64,000 nucleotides of DNA from Anthoceros angustus (taxonomy: Eukaryota > Plantae > Anthocerotophyta): positions 992,001 to 1,056,000 of the forward strand of contig VJWM01000063.1 in NCBI GenBank assembly GCA_010909165.1, read 5' to 3'. The notes below the pieces were generated by a model that saw nothing but the letters and a program-made list of their open reading frames with translations, was not told where the DNA came from and ran no database searches. Positions 36,401-49,043 of this stretch are shown in pieces (the first letter of the stretch is position 1; each line of letters starts with the position of its first letter). Made by a program: the position numbers and the translations under genes.

Positions 36401-39400
36401 GATGTGGGTGCTCACTGGTGGAAGGGGATGGACTTCACTTTACCTTGGCTCCATACTTGATGGCTTCATCGCCCTTGCCTTTGTCCAAAGCAGCTTTACA
36501 TGATTCCAGCAGTGTCCGACCGTCTGCAGATGAGCAGGACACGTGCTGCAAGGTGTGGGGAAGCCCAAGAGTGGATTAGTATGTGCGGGAGCGGGGGCAC
36601 TGGTATACTGCACTTCGAGAATGTATGAGGAGTGCTGCCACTCACCTTGTACACAGGTACCATGCTGATGATGTCCAGATTTGAGAAAGGCCTCGGCGAA
36701 TCCATTCCGTAATTTCGGGCTGCAATTTCGATTCCGACCTGATTCGAGAAGGTGATCAGCATTTCGACGAAACAGGCAAAGGAAATTTCTCTCGAGTTCA
36801 GGAGCTCACCTTATGGCAAAGTCCACGGAGCACGGCATACCTTCGCAACTCCGAGCGAGTCGATTCTCCGAGGGTCCAGTTGTACCTCTTCGCCACGAAG
36901 GTCTCTACCCATTTCCAGAGCCATGGCTTTCCTCGGCAGGTGGTACCCTCTTCAGTTGGCCAGCTTCCAAATGCAAAATTGAAGGAGGACGCAATTATGG
37001 GAGCCAGTTGCACTGTGCAGTTAGAGGAAGCCACACTCGCTCGCACCACATGCTTGAGGGCCCGGGTAACCATCTCATGCTCGCACAGTGACTGAATATG
37101 AGGTAACTTTGCTGCGAGCTCTGCCTGTTCGACGGTCATGTTTTCAGAACCAACAATGCATGAGATACTGCAGCTATCCAAACGAGACTGAAAGTCGAAG
37201 CCTTACCACCCGACCCAGTGAACATAATCGCAGCCCTCGGGCATGCATGAAGTCACTTAAGCTTCGACCATCCACAGGAGCTAGCTCTAAGGAACTAAAA
37301 TCAGAAACCTGAAACAGCGAACCACAATAAGTTCTCCGGATCAGGCCATCGAACTGACAGAACCCAAGACTTTGTACATCCTGACATCACCAGTCCTCAC
37401 CAGCTTAGTGAGAGCAACTTCCTCGTAGAAAATCTTGGCACCGTCCATGAGCTCCGACAGCGTCTGTACAACAACAGATCTTGCGGCATAAGAGAACTAG
37501 AGAAATTAATCATCAGCCGTACAGTCCTGAGGAACCTGTGGTTCAATAGAAAACCTTGATGTGCAATCCGGCTCCTGATTGTTCCAATCGGTTGAAAGCG
37601 GCTTCATTGAGCCTCGTCCGCAATTGAAGCTCTTCCCCTGCCCCTTGGGAAACGCATTGTGACTGAGATGCATCAACCACAGGCACACCCTCAGCATTGG
37701 CTTGAGTATCTGCATTGTCTTTCTCAACTCTAGAAGGACTCTCCGGAGTCCGTTTCACTTCCTCAGCGTTCCCCTGATCCCCTTCAGGAGCAACCTTGGC
37801 TTTCGCGTCCTTGCTCCCAGCCTCGGTCTGCAAGTGCTGCAACCAACAGGCTCCAAGCTCCAAACGAATAGAAGGATTTGAAAAGGCTTCTTCACTTTCA
37901 AGACGAGCCAGACTCCGTTCCAGGACTCCTTCAAGTTGATTCTCAGCAACCTCGAGCTCTAGCTCTCGTGAATCAGCTGATTTTGTATGCAAGAGCGTCC
38001 GAAGACTGCAAAGAAGAAATAGTTAGTTACAAGGAAGCCTTATGATCCCATAGTCAGATGTTACTACGATTCTCCCACCTGTTCACGTTGAGGGAGTTGG
38101 CTCCTCCTTCAGGCTGGTCTTCGATATAGAAATCATCGGGAAGGCTTGCGGTATCTACTGCGTTTAGGCCTACTGCTTCCACCACGGCAATGTAACCTCT
38201 GTGTCGGACTACCACCACACCAAAGGTTTCCTGGTCCTGCAAGAGATAGTCGTTCGTCATGTCACCCAGACACCCATCCGCTACCATCAGGCAGCAGCAG
38301 GGACTTCCAAACATGGATGCTAAGAAATAATATCAGAAACACCCCGAAGGGAACACCAACTCACTTGTACTGTGGTGTTTTCATCCGCCGTTATTCCCTT
38401 CAGGAGGTTTCTTTCAGCCAGGTCGGACGCAGTCTTGCCGCGGAGATAGCTGCCTTCGATCTTCGTCTCATACTTGTTGCTAGCATTAGTACCGTCCCGT
38501 GAAACCCTGACTATGAGGTTCCGGACCTCCTCTTCGTGCCACCCGCCATCCTTCAAGGAATCATAATTCGCAATTGCCTGCAATCGCTGGATGGTTGTAG
38601 CAGCGACTGTGACAGCCACATCAACAAACAGGTTGTGAAGCAGGAATGCTTTCTTGTCACGAATTCGTCGTTCCTCCACGGACCCGCAAGGCATTCTAGC
38701 AAGGATTGCAAATTCTTGGGCCCAGGGTCTATCTCTGCCTTTCTCAGCACGGCCTTGACCTCCCCCTGAGCCACCCCAAGTCTCATCTTCCGTGGGTAGA
38801 GGATGGAAGACAGAGGGGACCTCAGCTGCAATGGGAGGTACAACCCAGGTGTTGGAGCGCAGGCCGTACGGTAGGTTGCCGAACTGCAAAGATCCAGTCC
38901 AGCCATGCAGTTTTTAAGAAATTCAGTTGCCATGAACACAAACCCTGTAGAAAGATCTTCAAGGAGTTTTCAACACTTGTGGCTACCTTGTTCCGCTCTG
39001 AGAAAGCCTTCAGAAGCAAGTCATAGGCCTGCAACATTCTCAAAAACATGATCATGTGCGCCCACCAAAGCCTGTAACACGGGAACGTCATGCAGGACTG
39101 TCCTCTACCTTTGCGAAGGCTTGGCTCAGACGTTTTAGCAGGGCAACGAGAGTGTGACTTCGAAGAAACTGCTTGCTATTGCTGTGAAAGCCACTGGCAC
39201 ATGCGGTGACCGTGGCGAGCTTCCCATTACATAACCTGACCTGCAGGCATGTCAAGTGGAGCACGTGAATGATAGGTCAACTGTGCCTCCGAAGGACCTC
39301 TTGACACTGCCAGAGTTGGACGAACTCACTGGTTCTGTCTGAGAAACATGCCTAACACTAGATCACTGGGCAGACCTGGGAATACCGCATGGATGCGGTG

Positions 39401-41125
39401 CTGAGGCAGGTTTGCACTCAGGTCGTACATCATAAACAGCACTGACCTCCAAGCACACACAGCCTGAATTGTAAGTGCTCAGAGAACAAACCTGGATGCA
39501 TACGGCAATCCCCCAGGAATCAACTCTGAGAGTTCTCAACAACAACAAGAGGGTGTGTCTGCACCCGTTGCCTTCCCAGTGATGCCACATTGAGACCCTG
39601 TATCCTACAACGTACGAAGATTGCAGAACAGTCTACTTACCTCAATCGTGAAAAACGCGGCATCATCCTGCTTTTCCTGCTTGGCTGTTCGTCGTAGAAC
39701 TGCACCAAACATGCCATCCACCTCAGCCACACCATCTTTTAACTTTGCTGGTGCTAGGGACGGCAAAGCCAGGAAATCACCCACATTGTAAAGGAGGAGT
39801 CAAGTGCGCGAAAGAAAAGAACTCGTAGAATTGCCCCAACTCCGAGGGGGGGCACATTCCAGACATGTCACCCCGTTCTGTAGCTTCTTTAGCTGCAGCT
39901 ACCGCTGCAGCCGGAGCCAGAGCTCTAGCTTCATCCCCTTTCTGTATGCATCTCCCATTGTCCTGGACACTTCTGTCCTCCTTCCCCACAGCACCACCCA
40001 CAGCCTTCTCAGGTGAAGAATGACTCCCGCTCTGGTTTCCCAGAAGTTCATTCTCCCTAGCAGAAGGCCCAAGGCAAGAAACACAGGCCATGATGTCAAG
40101 CAGTCGCCTAACATGCGCCACCGCTTGTCGTTCGTCATAATCCTCTACGCAAGCGAGGTGCAGGTAAGTCCGCAATAATAAGGCCAGAGGCGACAATCAA
40201 CGAAGTAGCAGCTAAGTCACGAGTCATGAGGGGCCGAACCTTCACACAGCGCAAGGACCCGAGGCTTCAGAAATGAAACCTCCTGCGTGTCCCGTAGTCT
40301 GGCACCTCGCACCTGAAAGCAAGGGAGCAGAATGCTCTTCATCACACCAATAAATTGGAATTGCGATCACACCAAGCCGAGGTGCAAAGAGCAGAGGACC
40401 TCACTTCGTGGTGCAAAGAGTAGCGTGTCAAATGGCATGTGTGAACATGAACCGACAGCAATCTCCGAACATCCAAAATTCGGTCTGTCGAAATCGCCTG
40501 CAGAAATGGCACGCGCCAGGAGGTCACGGGCAATCCTTCAATGCAGGGAAGCTAATCAGATTCCAAACCAGCTGCAGCCCGCAGCCCGCAGCCTGCAGCC
40601 CCCTGCCCTGCTCTGCACGCCACTCACTCACCTTCAACAAAACGTGACTGCAGTCTGGAAGATTCACGGCAATGTCGACCTCATAAGGCACAGAAACTGC
40701 GACAACAGAACGGCAATCACGCTCGGGTAAGGCACATTCCCAAGGCCTGAAGACCGTCGAGGATTGCTATGGCGATGGCTAGACGTTCACAAGAACGTTC
40801 TAGAAAAAGAGATAATTCAGTGGACAGGCTCCACCACGCTATCTTAGATTCCATCCAGCCTGATGACTAAGAACGACTGGGCACGGTCCTCCCAACTGTA
40901 GGGCACGGGTACATTTTACAGGCAGATAGATGCAGAAATTCACCCGGAAGAAAGAGCTGTCCTGTGCGACGGACACATGATTCCTGATGCAGCTATATCC
41001 TGAACGAGGCTCAAGCCCGAGCTGTGAGCTCCATTCCTTTGCCAGGATTACATACCTTTCTCCTTCTTCCTTTTCTCGCCTCTTAGCTTTTGCGCCTTAG
41101 CCTTTCCTGTGCCGCGGGGAGCCAT
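30403..41125 (-). CDS. REC/TSS: CLU-family TPR protein of the REC/TSS (REDUCED CHLOROPLAST COVERAGE) type, multi-exon; frameshifted in the last exon as assembled
   Basis: GT-AG exons assembled in phase: 41125-41056 ([17 protein letters not shown]), 40696-40632, 40497-40405 ([14 protein letters not shown]), 40312-40240, 40144-39785, 39699-39641, 39240-39109, 39028-38987, 38883-38365 ([17 protein letters not shown]), 38236-38079, 38005-37555, 37463-37401, 37308-37207, 37124-36810, 36738-36646, 36545-36444, 36337-36233, 36125-35992 ([16 protein letters not shown]), 35862-35679, 35134-35003, 34905-34793, 34684-34603, 34364-30403. The N-terminus matches the plant REC/TSS clade as I recall it. Confidence 0.93.
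31675..34113. repeat. Near-identical 1218-bp tandem duplication inside the REC last exon
   Basis: 31675-32892 repeats as 32893-34106. Both outer ends carry cgccttg and the junction reads cgcccttg. Differences seen: 5 nt missing near 33740, +1 c at the junction, 2 substitutions (32817 vs 34031 region). Confidence 0.95.
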
Positions 41126-42013
41126 TCTCACACCTCAAGCTTTCTTCAAAGATTCCCTTAGTACGACGTTCAGACCTGCCTGCTTCACATCCCCCGCAGC
41201 TAATAGCGAGCGCGTCTACAACGTGCAAGGACCAAACCAAATCCAAATGCGCGAGGATCTGGAAACTGAATTCCCGTACTGCAAACTCATAAATCTTCCC
41301 GAAAGATGCGTGCGGCACTGCAGCGGATGGAGTCTCTCCTGCAGGTCGCGTCCTGCACTAAATCACGCGCTCCTGCGGGCTGTAGCTGCGGCCACTGATC
41401 AAACAAAAGCTGAACCTGCTCTCCCGCAGTCCGAACCGGCTCAGGAATCGCTGAAAGCCTAGAAATCTCCGATCACGGACGCCGGAGAGCAGTCCTATTC
41501 AGAGATTCAGAGCCACAACACTGCAGCTGTCGCTGCAAAACGGAAATAAGCCTGAGTCTTTTTCACAGTGCAAATACGCGAGGAGACGAGACGGTACGCA
41601 AAGAGAGCGCAATTTCCAGTCTTTCAGACTCCTTGCAATGTGACACAATCGCAGAATCTGAGGGAGGGGTTTCTCAGCCGCAGCAGCTGCCGCGGAAGCA
41701 AGCAACCGGGGACGTTCTAGAAGCGCGTCCCATCGAGCTCGAGAGGAGGAAACGCGATCAGATGAGGCCAGCAAATTCCTCGGGGAAAGCCTGGAAGCAA
41801 GCGAGCGGAGCGGCGCAATGCGCGGGGACAACGCCGGCAGCAGAGATCAGCTTGGCATCAGTGGTTGGCAGCCACAGCCGCTGGCTCTGGGCTCGCCACG
41901 CTGCGGACATGGTGTCCCCGTTCCCACAGCCGCATCGGGGCTCCAAATGATCCAGTTTCGTGGACACCAGTCCAGAGTCCGCAGTTGGGACGCGGAGAAC
42001 GGGCTAGCGCCGG

Positions 42014-42022
42014 AAACCCTAA
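42014..42022. promoter_or_regulatory. Telo-box (aaaccctaa) in the 5' region of REC
   Basis: Exact motif ~0.9 kb upstream of the REC ATG. Telo-boxes are common near plant translation-related genes, but a 9-mer can occur by chance. Confidence 0.35.
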
Positions 42023-42587
42023 TCTGATAAACTGGACAAGGCGGAGATTCGGCAGCGACTGTAGGGAGCGTGCCATTGGGCCTCGGCGCACCCGGGCGGG
42101 CCCCGGTGGACAAGCGGGTGGATCGGCATCCTTGTTCCCGCATGTGCGCCTTCGCGGTGCCGGCGTAGGTAGATGCCATTGCCCATCGACGCATGGTCGT
42201 TGAGATCGCTCTGTCTGCGTGATGCGGGAATAGGATTCGCGTGGGCTCGGTTACAGATTCTGTCGCGCTATATAACTTGTTTGTATGTTTCCTTGCATAT
42301 ATTACACATATGGCTGAGATGCTTTGTACAGTGGGGAATCGACGACAGAGGAGTTACATATGTATGTCCATTCACCCCTTGCGCACCTACATAGGTGTCT
42401 GCAAACACCCCTTACAGTACGAAGTAGAACTGAGCCCCAGATACCTGTGGGCAAGGAGCTTGTGAACTCTGAGATTGTGCTGACCACATTCACTGAATCG
42501 GGCAGCACAGAAGGAGTATGTAGTATCTACACACTATACCACAATGCTTACTTCCTTGAGGGTCTCATCTGCGGTTCAAGACATGGA

Positions 42588-43904
42588 TCACTTGACGAGG
42601 CCCAGGTTTATGATGCCCCAAGAATGGGAAGGCCACTGCTTCTCTCTGGCATTCTGCAGCAACACGCGGGCCCAGGCAATCCAGCCTTCCCAGGTCATCT
42701 TCTTGTCCCAGTTGGTGCCCCATTCCAGGAGCAGCTGCAGCCCCTGCTCTGCCTCGATTTCTGCATCTTCATGCCTGCCTGTGGATAGGTATATTTGAGC
42801 CAGCACCAGGCGTGGCTCTGCTATCCACGGGTTGGCTAGGGAGGCTTCTTTCAGCAAGGGTTCTGCCAGCTCCAGGACCTTCTCGGCTTGCAAGGACATG
42901 GCCTTGTGGTACAGATACCTGGCACGAATTTGGTCAGATGGAGGGAGGATGACAGAGCAGGTGTTGAAAACCGGAGGTAGTACCAACTGGATGTCGTCCA
43001 CTAAGCTTCTTGCTGATTTCCTGCCAGCAGGGTTTAGAGCAGCTTCCAGCTTTTCCTCTCGGACCAGTATGTTGAGCAAGACCCCCATTCGAGAGAGAGA
43101 GCTCATCCAGAGGCCAGGCTTGCCATCTCCTGGCCACAAGGCTGTCCATCTGTTTCCCTTGAATTCCAACTTTCCATCCTCATTCCCAAAGAGCCCGTCC
43201 TGCCAGCTGTAGAGCTGGTCTATAAAATCTGCCATGGTGAGAGTGAGGAAGATGGCAATCAGGTGCCTACTGACCTGCAAATCCTCGCCTGTGCGAATAT
43301 GCTTCACTGTGATGCCCTCCGCTGGCAAGAAAGGTGTCCTGGTTCCTCCATAACGTTCAGTGGCAGCCGTGTTCAGCTGCTCGAACTTCACACTAAGGCC
43401 ACTGTTTGCTTGGCTATGACTGCCTGTCTTCACCTTGACGTTGCCCTCCTTGTCGAAGTACCTATCTGTCTCCTTCAAGGCATCTCGCAGCTGCTCGTCC
43501 GTGTAGCTGAACAGGAGGAAGTTGAAGATGAGCTCCTGGCGGGGCACAATACAGAACAAATGGATCAGCTCCTCCGCAAGGTCACCCACCAAATCGCGGA
43601 CCTTCTGCCTCTCCACGTTCGGCTTGAAGATGGCCAGATTCACGTAGGAGTTGGAATAGGAAGAGTGGAAGAGGCCGCATCTGGCCACAGCATCCGGAAC
43701 ATTCCAGAGCTTGAGAATCTGGTAGACATGCAGCAGGTGCTCGAAGAAGGTCCCGTGTTTGTGCCAGCACTCCGAAGCTCCTACGGATTGCAACACAGAG
43801 AGGAGGTCCGGCAGGGCTGGATCAATTTCCGAGTGGGATGACCGAATAAAGAGGCGTGCTAAATCCAGCCTCCAGTTGCCTGTGCTGCCCCTCGTGTCAC
43901 CCAT
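42588..43904 (-). CDS. DUF6817-type (HD-like) plant protein with a C-terminal TPR-like segment, single exon
   Basis: GASECWHKHGTFFEHL..ARCGLFHSSYSNSYVNLAIF..NPWIAEPRLVLAQIYL..WGIINLGLVK. The frame stays open upstream to 44126, so the start could be earlier. Confidence 0.8.
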   Translation of the reverse strand: MGDTRGSTGNWRLDLARLFIRSSHSEIDPALPDLLSVLQSVGASECWHKHGTFFEHLLHVYQILKLWNVPDAVARCGLFHSSYSNSYVNLAIFKPNVERQKVRDLVGDLAEELIHLFCIVPRQELIFNFLLFSYTDEQLRDALKETDRYFDKEGNVKVKTGSHSQANSGLSVKFEQLNTAATERYGGTRTPFLPAEGITVKHIRTGEDLQVSRHLIAIFLTLTMADFIDQLYSWQDGLFGNEDGKLEFKGNRWTALWPGDGKPGLWMSSLSRMGVLLNILVREEKLEAALNPAGRKSARSLVDDIQLVLPPVFNTCSVILPPSDQIRARYLYHKAMSLQAEKVLELAEPLLKEASLANPWIAEPRLVLAQIYLSTGRHEDAEIEAEQGLQLLLEWGTNWDKKMTWEGWIAWARVLLQNAREKQWPSHSWGIINLGLVK

Positions 43905-44103
43905 AGTGGAATCTGAGCACACTACACCCTCCTTGGCTCGTGCTATGTGGGCAGCTGCAGAGTCAGTAAACGGTGTCAGACGAAAGTTCACAGCAAGCCC
44001 GGACCTTGTCAAAGCGTAAGCGAGAATTTGCAGACTTACATGCAGGCTCAATTGCCCAGCAACCCTAAAACGTATGAACCTATGTACACACAGGCTGGGC
44101 AGT

Positions 44104-47100
44104 TCACCGGCTCTCAAACTCCCCAACCCCGCCTGGTGGCAGTATGTCTGCCAGACTTTTTGTTGCGAAGAGTGAGAAGCACTCGCCAGCTGTCATGCTT
44201 TGCCTCTTAACCTCCTTCAGAAGATTCACAACATTTCGCATGGATGGCCGCTTGCATGGCATGTCGTTGGTGCACATGTAGGCGATCTTCAAAACCAGTA
44301 GCATCTCATAACGTTCCAAATCCGAGATGAGGATTTGCAGTCTGTTGTCGAAAACCATCTCGATTGATAGTCGGCATGCCCTGCAGTATCTCAGCCATCC
44401 CACAAGAGTGGGGATGCCGTCAGGAAAGCCGCAGTCAGCAGCCGTCCTACCTGTGATCATCTCCATGAGCACTACGCCAAAGCTGTACACATCACCTTCT
44501 TCCGACATTGTTCCAGTGTACTCATAGTCTGTCACCAGTTACGACACAGAGCCATGAGTAAGAGAAGGCTTAGCTCGTTGTTTTCAAGTGTCTCATCTCT
44601 GCAAGCAAAAGTGGAGACTCCTGGTAAGCTAAATTTTCAAGGGTTTAGTGAGGGACCGACCAGGAGCAGTGTATCCGCGTGAACCGGAAAGAATGCTGGA
44701 AACAGCTTGGGAGTCTGAGGAGCCTGCAGGTAACAGCTCTACCAGTCCGAAGTCACCCACATATGGGATCATGTGCGTGTCTAGGAGGATATTAGTGGAC
44801 TTGATGTCACCATGAAGAATCCGTGGTACGCAGTCATGGTGGAGGTAAGCTAATGCCTTTGCCGTCCCCAAAGCTATATCATAACGGTGTGGCCAGTCCA
44901 AAATACTGCTATCCGGCTCCGGACTTGACCAGAAGGTTTGATGCCCTGCCCACATGACAACAAGTATAAACTCAACGACCCACCCACAAGAATACTGAGA
45001 GCGTCCCACGGAAGGGATGAAGGAAGGCAAACCCACTAACCTGACACGGATAATTTCACACAAGCTCCATGAAGATGGTCCCATAAGCTCCCATTTTGCA
45101 TATATTCATAGATCAGCAAACTCCGCCCTTTGTGTGCGCAAAACCCGAGCAGCCTGAGCAGATGCCGATGACGCACTTTGCAGAGGTTGACTATTGCAGT
45201 GATGGTTTTCTTGTCATGTGGCATGACAGGAGCCTCGTGTTCAAGCTTCAGAGCCTTGACAGCAAGTATCTCCCCATCAGGCATGACTGCCTTGTAAACT
45301 GGCCCGAAGCTGCCAGAACCAACCTGTCTGTCGGGGCTGAGGTCATCTGTTGCTTCCATAATGTCGGAGAAAGTCAAGTCCCTCTCCCACAGGATACCTG
45401 AGAAAGTAAAACCGTGGAAGACGCTCTTGGCGGTCCCTCTGCCTCCTACTTCGTGTTTCGACGGACCTCTCCTACAGTACTGAATAAATGTACGCATACC
45501 ACCCACTAACAGGAGCAGTGCTACAGTCAGAGAGGCCAGTGCGATCCCAAACCCCAGAATTGCAGTCTTTGATACACCCGCAGATTGCTTACTACTATCT
45601 GGAGGACTTGGCGGCCCTTCAACTGGCATGAGAGGCCCTTCAGCTGGCATGGGCAGCCCTTCAGCTGGCATGGGCAGCCCTTCAGCTGGCATGGGCAGCC
45701 CTTCAGCTGGCATGGGCGGCCCTTCAGCTGGCTGTTGAGCAGAGTCGGGAAATCTATGTTTCGGGCAAGAAACATTCAACAGAAAACCGCAAAGCTTTGT
45801 GTTGTTAAGGAAGGAACTGGCGTTCAGCCTTCTCGTGAAGTCTGTCGACGGGATTTCACCTTCCAGGTTGTTAAATGACAAATCTAGTTGGCGCAAACTG
45901 AAATTCCCATTAATCCCCGACAGGAAACCTGAAACTAAACCTGTTAGATTATTTCTGGAGAGATTCAGAGCTTCCAGCTTCGTCAGTTGATGCAGCTCCA
46001 GTGGAATGGTACCCGAAAAATTGTTAGAGCTCAGGTCCAGGATCGTTTGAAGTTCACTGAGGTTACCCAAACCACTGGGGATCGGCCCACTCAACTGATT
46101 CCGGGGCAACGAAAGGTACTTCAAGCGCAGACAACTACACAGCTCCTTTGGGAGCTCTCCCGTCAGGTTGTTCTCCTCCAATTGTAAGTACTGCAACTGC
46201 TCCAGGCTCCTGAACTCTGAAGGAATCCTGCCCGTTATAAAGTTGGAAAAGAGATTCAGCTCCTGGAGGTGAACCAGCTTACCGAGCTCCCGAGGAATTG
46301 TCCCGCTGAGCTTATTGCCGCCCAGCAACAAATTAGTCAGATTTGCGGCAGCCCCCAAGCCTGGCGGGATGCGTCCCCTCAAAGCATTGTCACTAAGGTT
46401 AAGAACCTTTAACCCTGTGATCAAACCCAGCTCTGAAGGTATCTTCCCATTCACAGCGTTGCCATCGAACAGAACAGAGTGCAGCTTGGATTGCGTTCCT
46501 CTCCAGTCCTTGGGGATCTTGCCCCACAGGAAATTCATACCCAAGTCCAGCATCTCCAGATTGCCGAGCTCCCCCAGGAAATTCGGTATTTCCCCACTCA
46601 GCTCGTTCCCCCGCAGCACCAATGTGACGAGGCCATTTAAATTGCTCAGACTCTCAGGAATCTTATCGGACAGGGTGTTGTGAGCCAGATCCAAATGCTC
46701 AAGACGAGTACAATTCCCCAGCTGTTCTGGAATCCTCCCTGTGAGCTTATTCTGTGCGAGAATTAAAACATGCAATTGAGCCAGCTGCCCTATCTCCTCA
46801 GGAATCTCCCCTGAGAGCAAGTTCCAAGACAAGTCCAATTTGTTAAGCAAATGCAAGGCTTCCAGGTTTCTCGGGATTTCCCCCTCCAGCCTGTTGTGGG
46901 AGACATTTAAATGCACAAGGTTGGGCCGCACATTGGAGGGCAAGCTTGTAGGGATGCTGCCGTTGAGATTGTTGCCTGAAAAATCCATATAAGAAATCCG
47001 CGGCATGCAAGTAAACATATCCACCGGAAGCCAGCCGTCGAAGGAGTTCCCAGCCAGGCTAAGGTAGGTGAGGTTCTGGAGGTGACACACGTCCGGGATT

Positions 47101-47666
47101 CCTCCCGTCAGCAGATTGTCGGACAAGTCCATGATCCGAAGCTCGGAGAAGCGCTCCAGAGCGTCAGGAGGAAGGTTCCCGGAAAGGCCGTTCTTCCCGA
47201 GGCGCAGCACGGTGAGGCGGGTGAGGTTCCACATCTCCTCCGGGATGCTGCCGGTGAGGCCGGTGGAGGACAGGTCCAGGCTGGTGAGCGCGGACAGCCG
47301 GCCGATCGCAGGCGAGAAGCTACCGGGCAGCGAGACGTTCTTCAGCACCAGTTCCGTGACTCGAAGGCTTGATCCGCCGCCGTGAGACGACTCACGAGTC
47401 CTTGAGACGCTGCAATTGATGCCGGTCCAGTTGCAGGGGCTGGGGGATCCGGAGTTGGTCCAGGACAGCAAGCTCTCGCCGGAGCCGGCGAAGCTCTCCT
47501 TCATCTCCAGGAGAGCTTCCGCGTCCCGGTGGAGGTCGGTTTGCTCTGCTCCTGCGCCTGCGCCAGCGCCTGCGCCTGCGCCTGCCGGTGCAGCATAGCG
47601 GAAGAGAAACACAAATATCAGAGCCCGGCAGAATCTGAGGAGCAGCATCTTCCCAGACGTCTTCAT
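44104..47666 (-). CDS. LRR receptor-like kinase (signal peptide, ~20 LRRs, TM, non-RD kinase); exons 47666-45041, 44945-44661, 44528-44104
   Basis: LxLxxNxLxGxIP repeats, TM ILGFGIALASLTVALLLLVGG, VGSGSFGPVYKA, AVK, HGDIKSTNILLD, DFG, GYTAP, DVYSFGVVLMEMITG; splice sites in phase. Confidence 0.93.
45611..45731 (-). repeat. 21-bp coding minisatellite giving (P)AEGLPMP x~6 between the LRRs and the TM helix
   Basis: gcccttcagctggcatgggca repeated; translation PAEGPPMPAEGLPMPAEGLPMPAEGLPMPAEGPLMPVEGPP. Confidence 0.95.
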
Positions 47667-49043
47667 CGGTCACAAATGCAGTGCCGCAGCTGAAGGTCTG
47701 GTGCCGCGCTGCAGAAGATGATCCATCCGTGGAAGCCGGGCTTCTTGAAACCAGAAGAACTGTTTCAGCACACGTTGAAAGGGAAGATTAGTAAGGAGAA
47801 GAAGCAAAGTGCTGGGACAGGGAACAGCTCACGAGAGAAGAAAGTGGAAGAGAATTGAAGAGCTTACCGCCGAGATGCATCGAACCAGGAGCCACAAGTC
47901 AAACGGAACAATTCGAGGCCATCCCGAGAAATGCCAACAGACTGTATGCATTCTTTGCTCTTCCCAGGGCGCCGCAATCGCTGTCGCTGCCAGTACAGAC
48001 CCGGATGCAACTCACGGAGGCCGGGCGTGACCGGACGGGACGCTTTCCGAAAAGGACGGAAAGGGCCGGCGTGCTTCACGACTGGCGTCCGTCGTCCGAT
48101 TTATTATATTCCGATCATTATTCAAATGAGTGGAGTCGCCTTTGGGAAGCACCTACGTTTCGAATCTGTACAGGTGACGCTTGCTTTGCACAAGCTAGGT
48201 AGCTAACTACTATGTAGATACTTCCGATGCAACTTTCCTTGAATCCCTGAGCTGATGAATCAATCGCTGTCGTCGTCGTCGTCGTCTTCTTCTTCCTGCT
48301 CGCCCTGACCGAATCCGGCCAGCCCCAGCCCAGCAGGTCCCCCCTACAAATCAAAGCTCAGAATTGGTGGAACTCACCGCCATAGAAAATTCACGGAAAA
48401 CACGCACACTGCCGTGTCCTCATCCCAGGACCCTGGTCTAGCTAGGTGAGGGGAGATTAGGGTTAGGAGGGGGAAGGGAGTCTGGGCCTTTGAACACAGA
48501 TCTAATCAGCTGTCGCCTACCTAGAAAGAGCCTTGGCAGCATTTAGTACGTGCTGACGTGAAAAAAAGTAATGTATCTACACCTGGTCTATACAGGCGCA
48601 AGCGCAAGGACAAGGCCAGAGCACACGGAAACAAGGCGAAAGAAGGGCCTCCAGCGGCGGCCGTCATTCAATCTAACAGGTGACAACCCATGTTACGTAC
48701 CATGACTCCCAATACCGAGCCTGGAATATTTGAACCAGGGATGCCACCAGAGTCTGATGAGGTTAAAGGCAATTTCCTTGGGAACCTTTGATGCTGCTGC
48801 ACATCAGAAGAAAGAGAAAGAAACCATCACATTCAATTATCTAAGGTGGGCCGTCGGTAGGGTATGTACCAGAGACAGGATCTGACTGCGCTCTATATAT
48901 GTAGCATAATAAGAGCTTCCTTATCTGCGTTCCTCATGTAATATTTCACATCATCAAACTGTCAATTATGTACGTGACCACAGGCAGCTGTTCCCCACAG
49001 ATCCTGGCTAGGATGTCACAATCTCCTATACAGGACCGCCAAC

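Noticed and set aside
41499-42203. Several 70-115-aa ORFs upstream of REC
   Set aside because: GC-rich 5' UTR or promoter region with overlapping frames on both strands and no homology signal.
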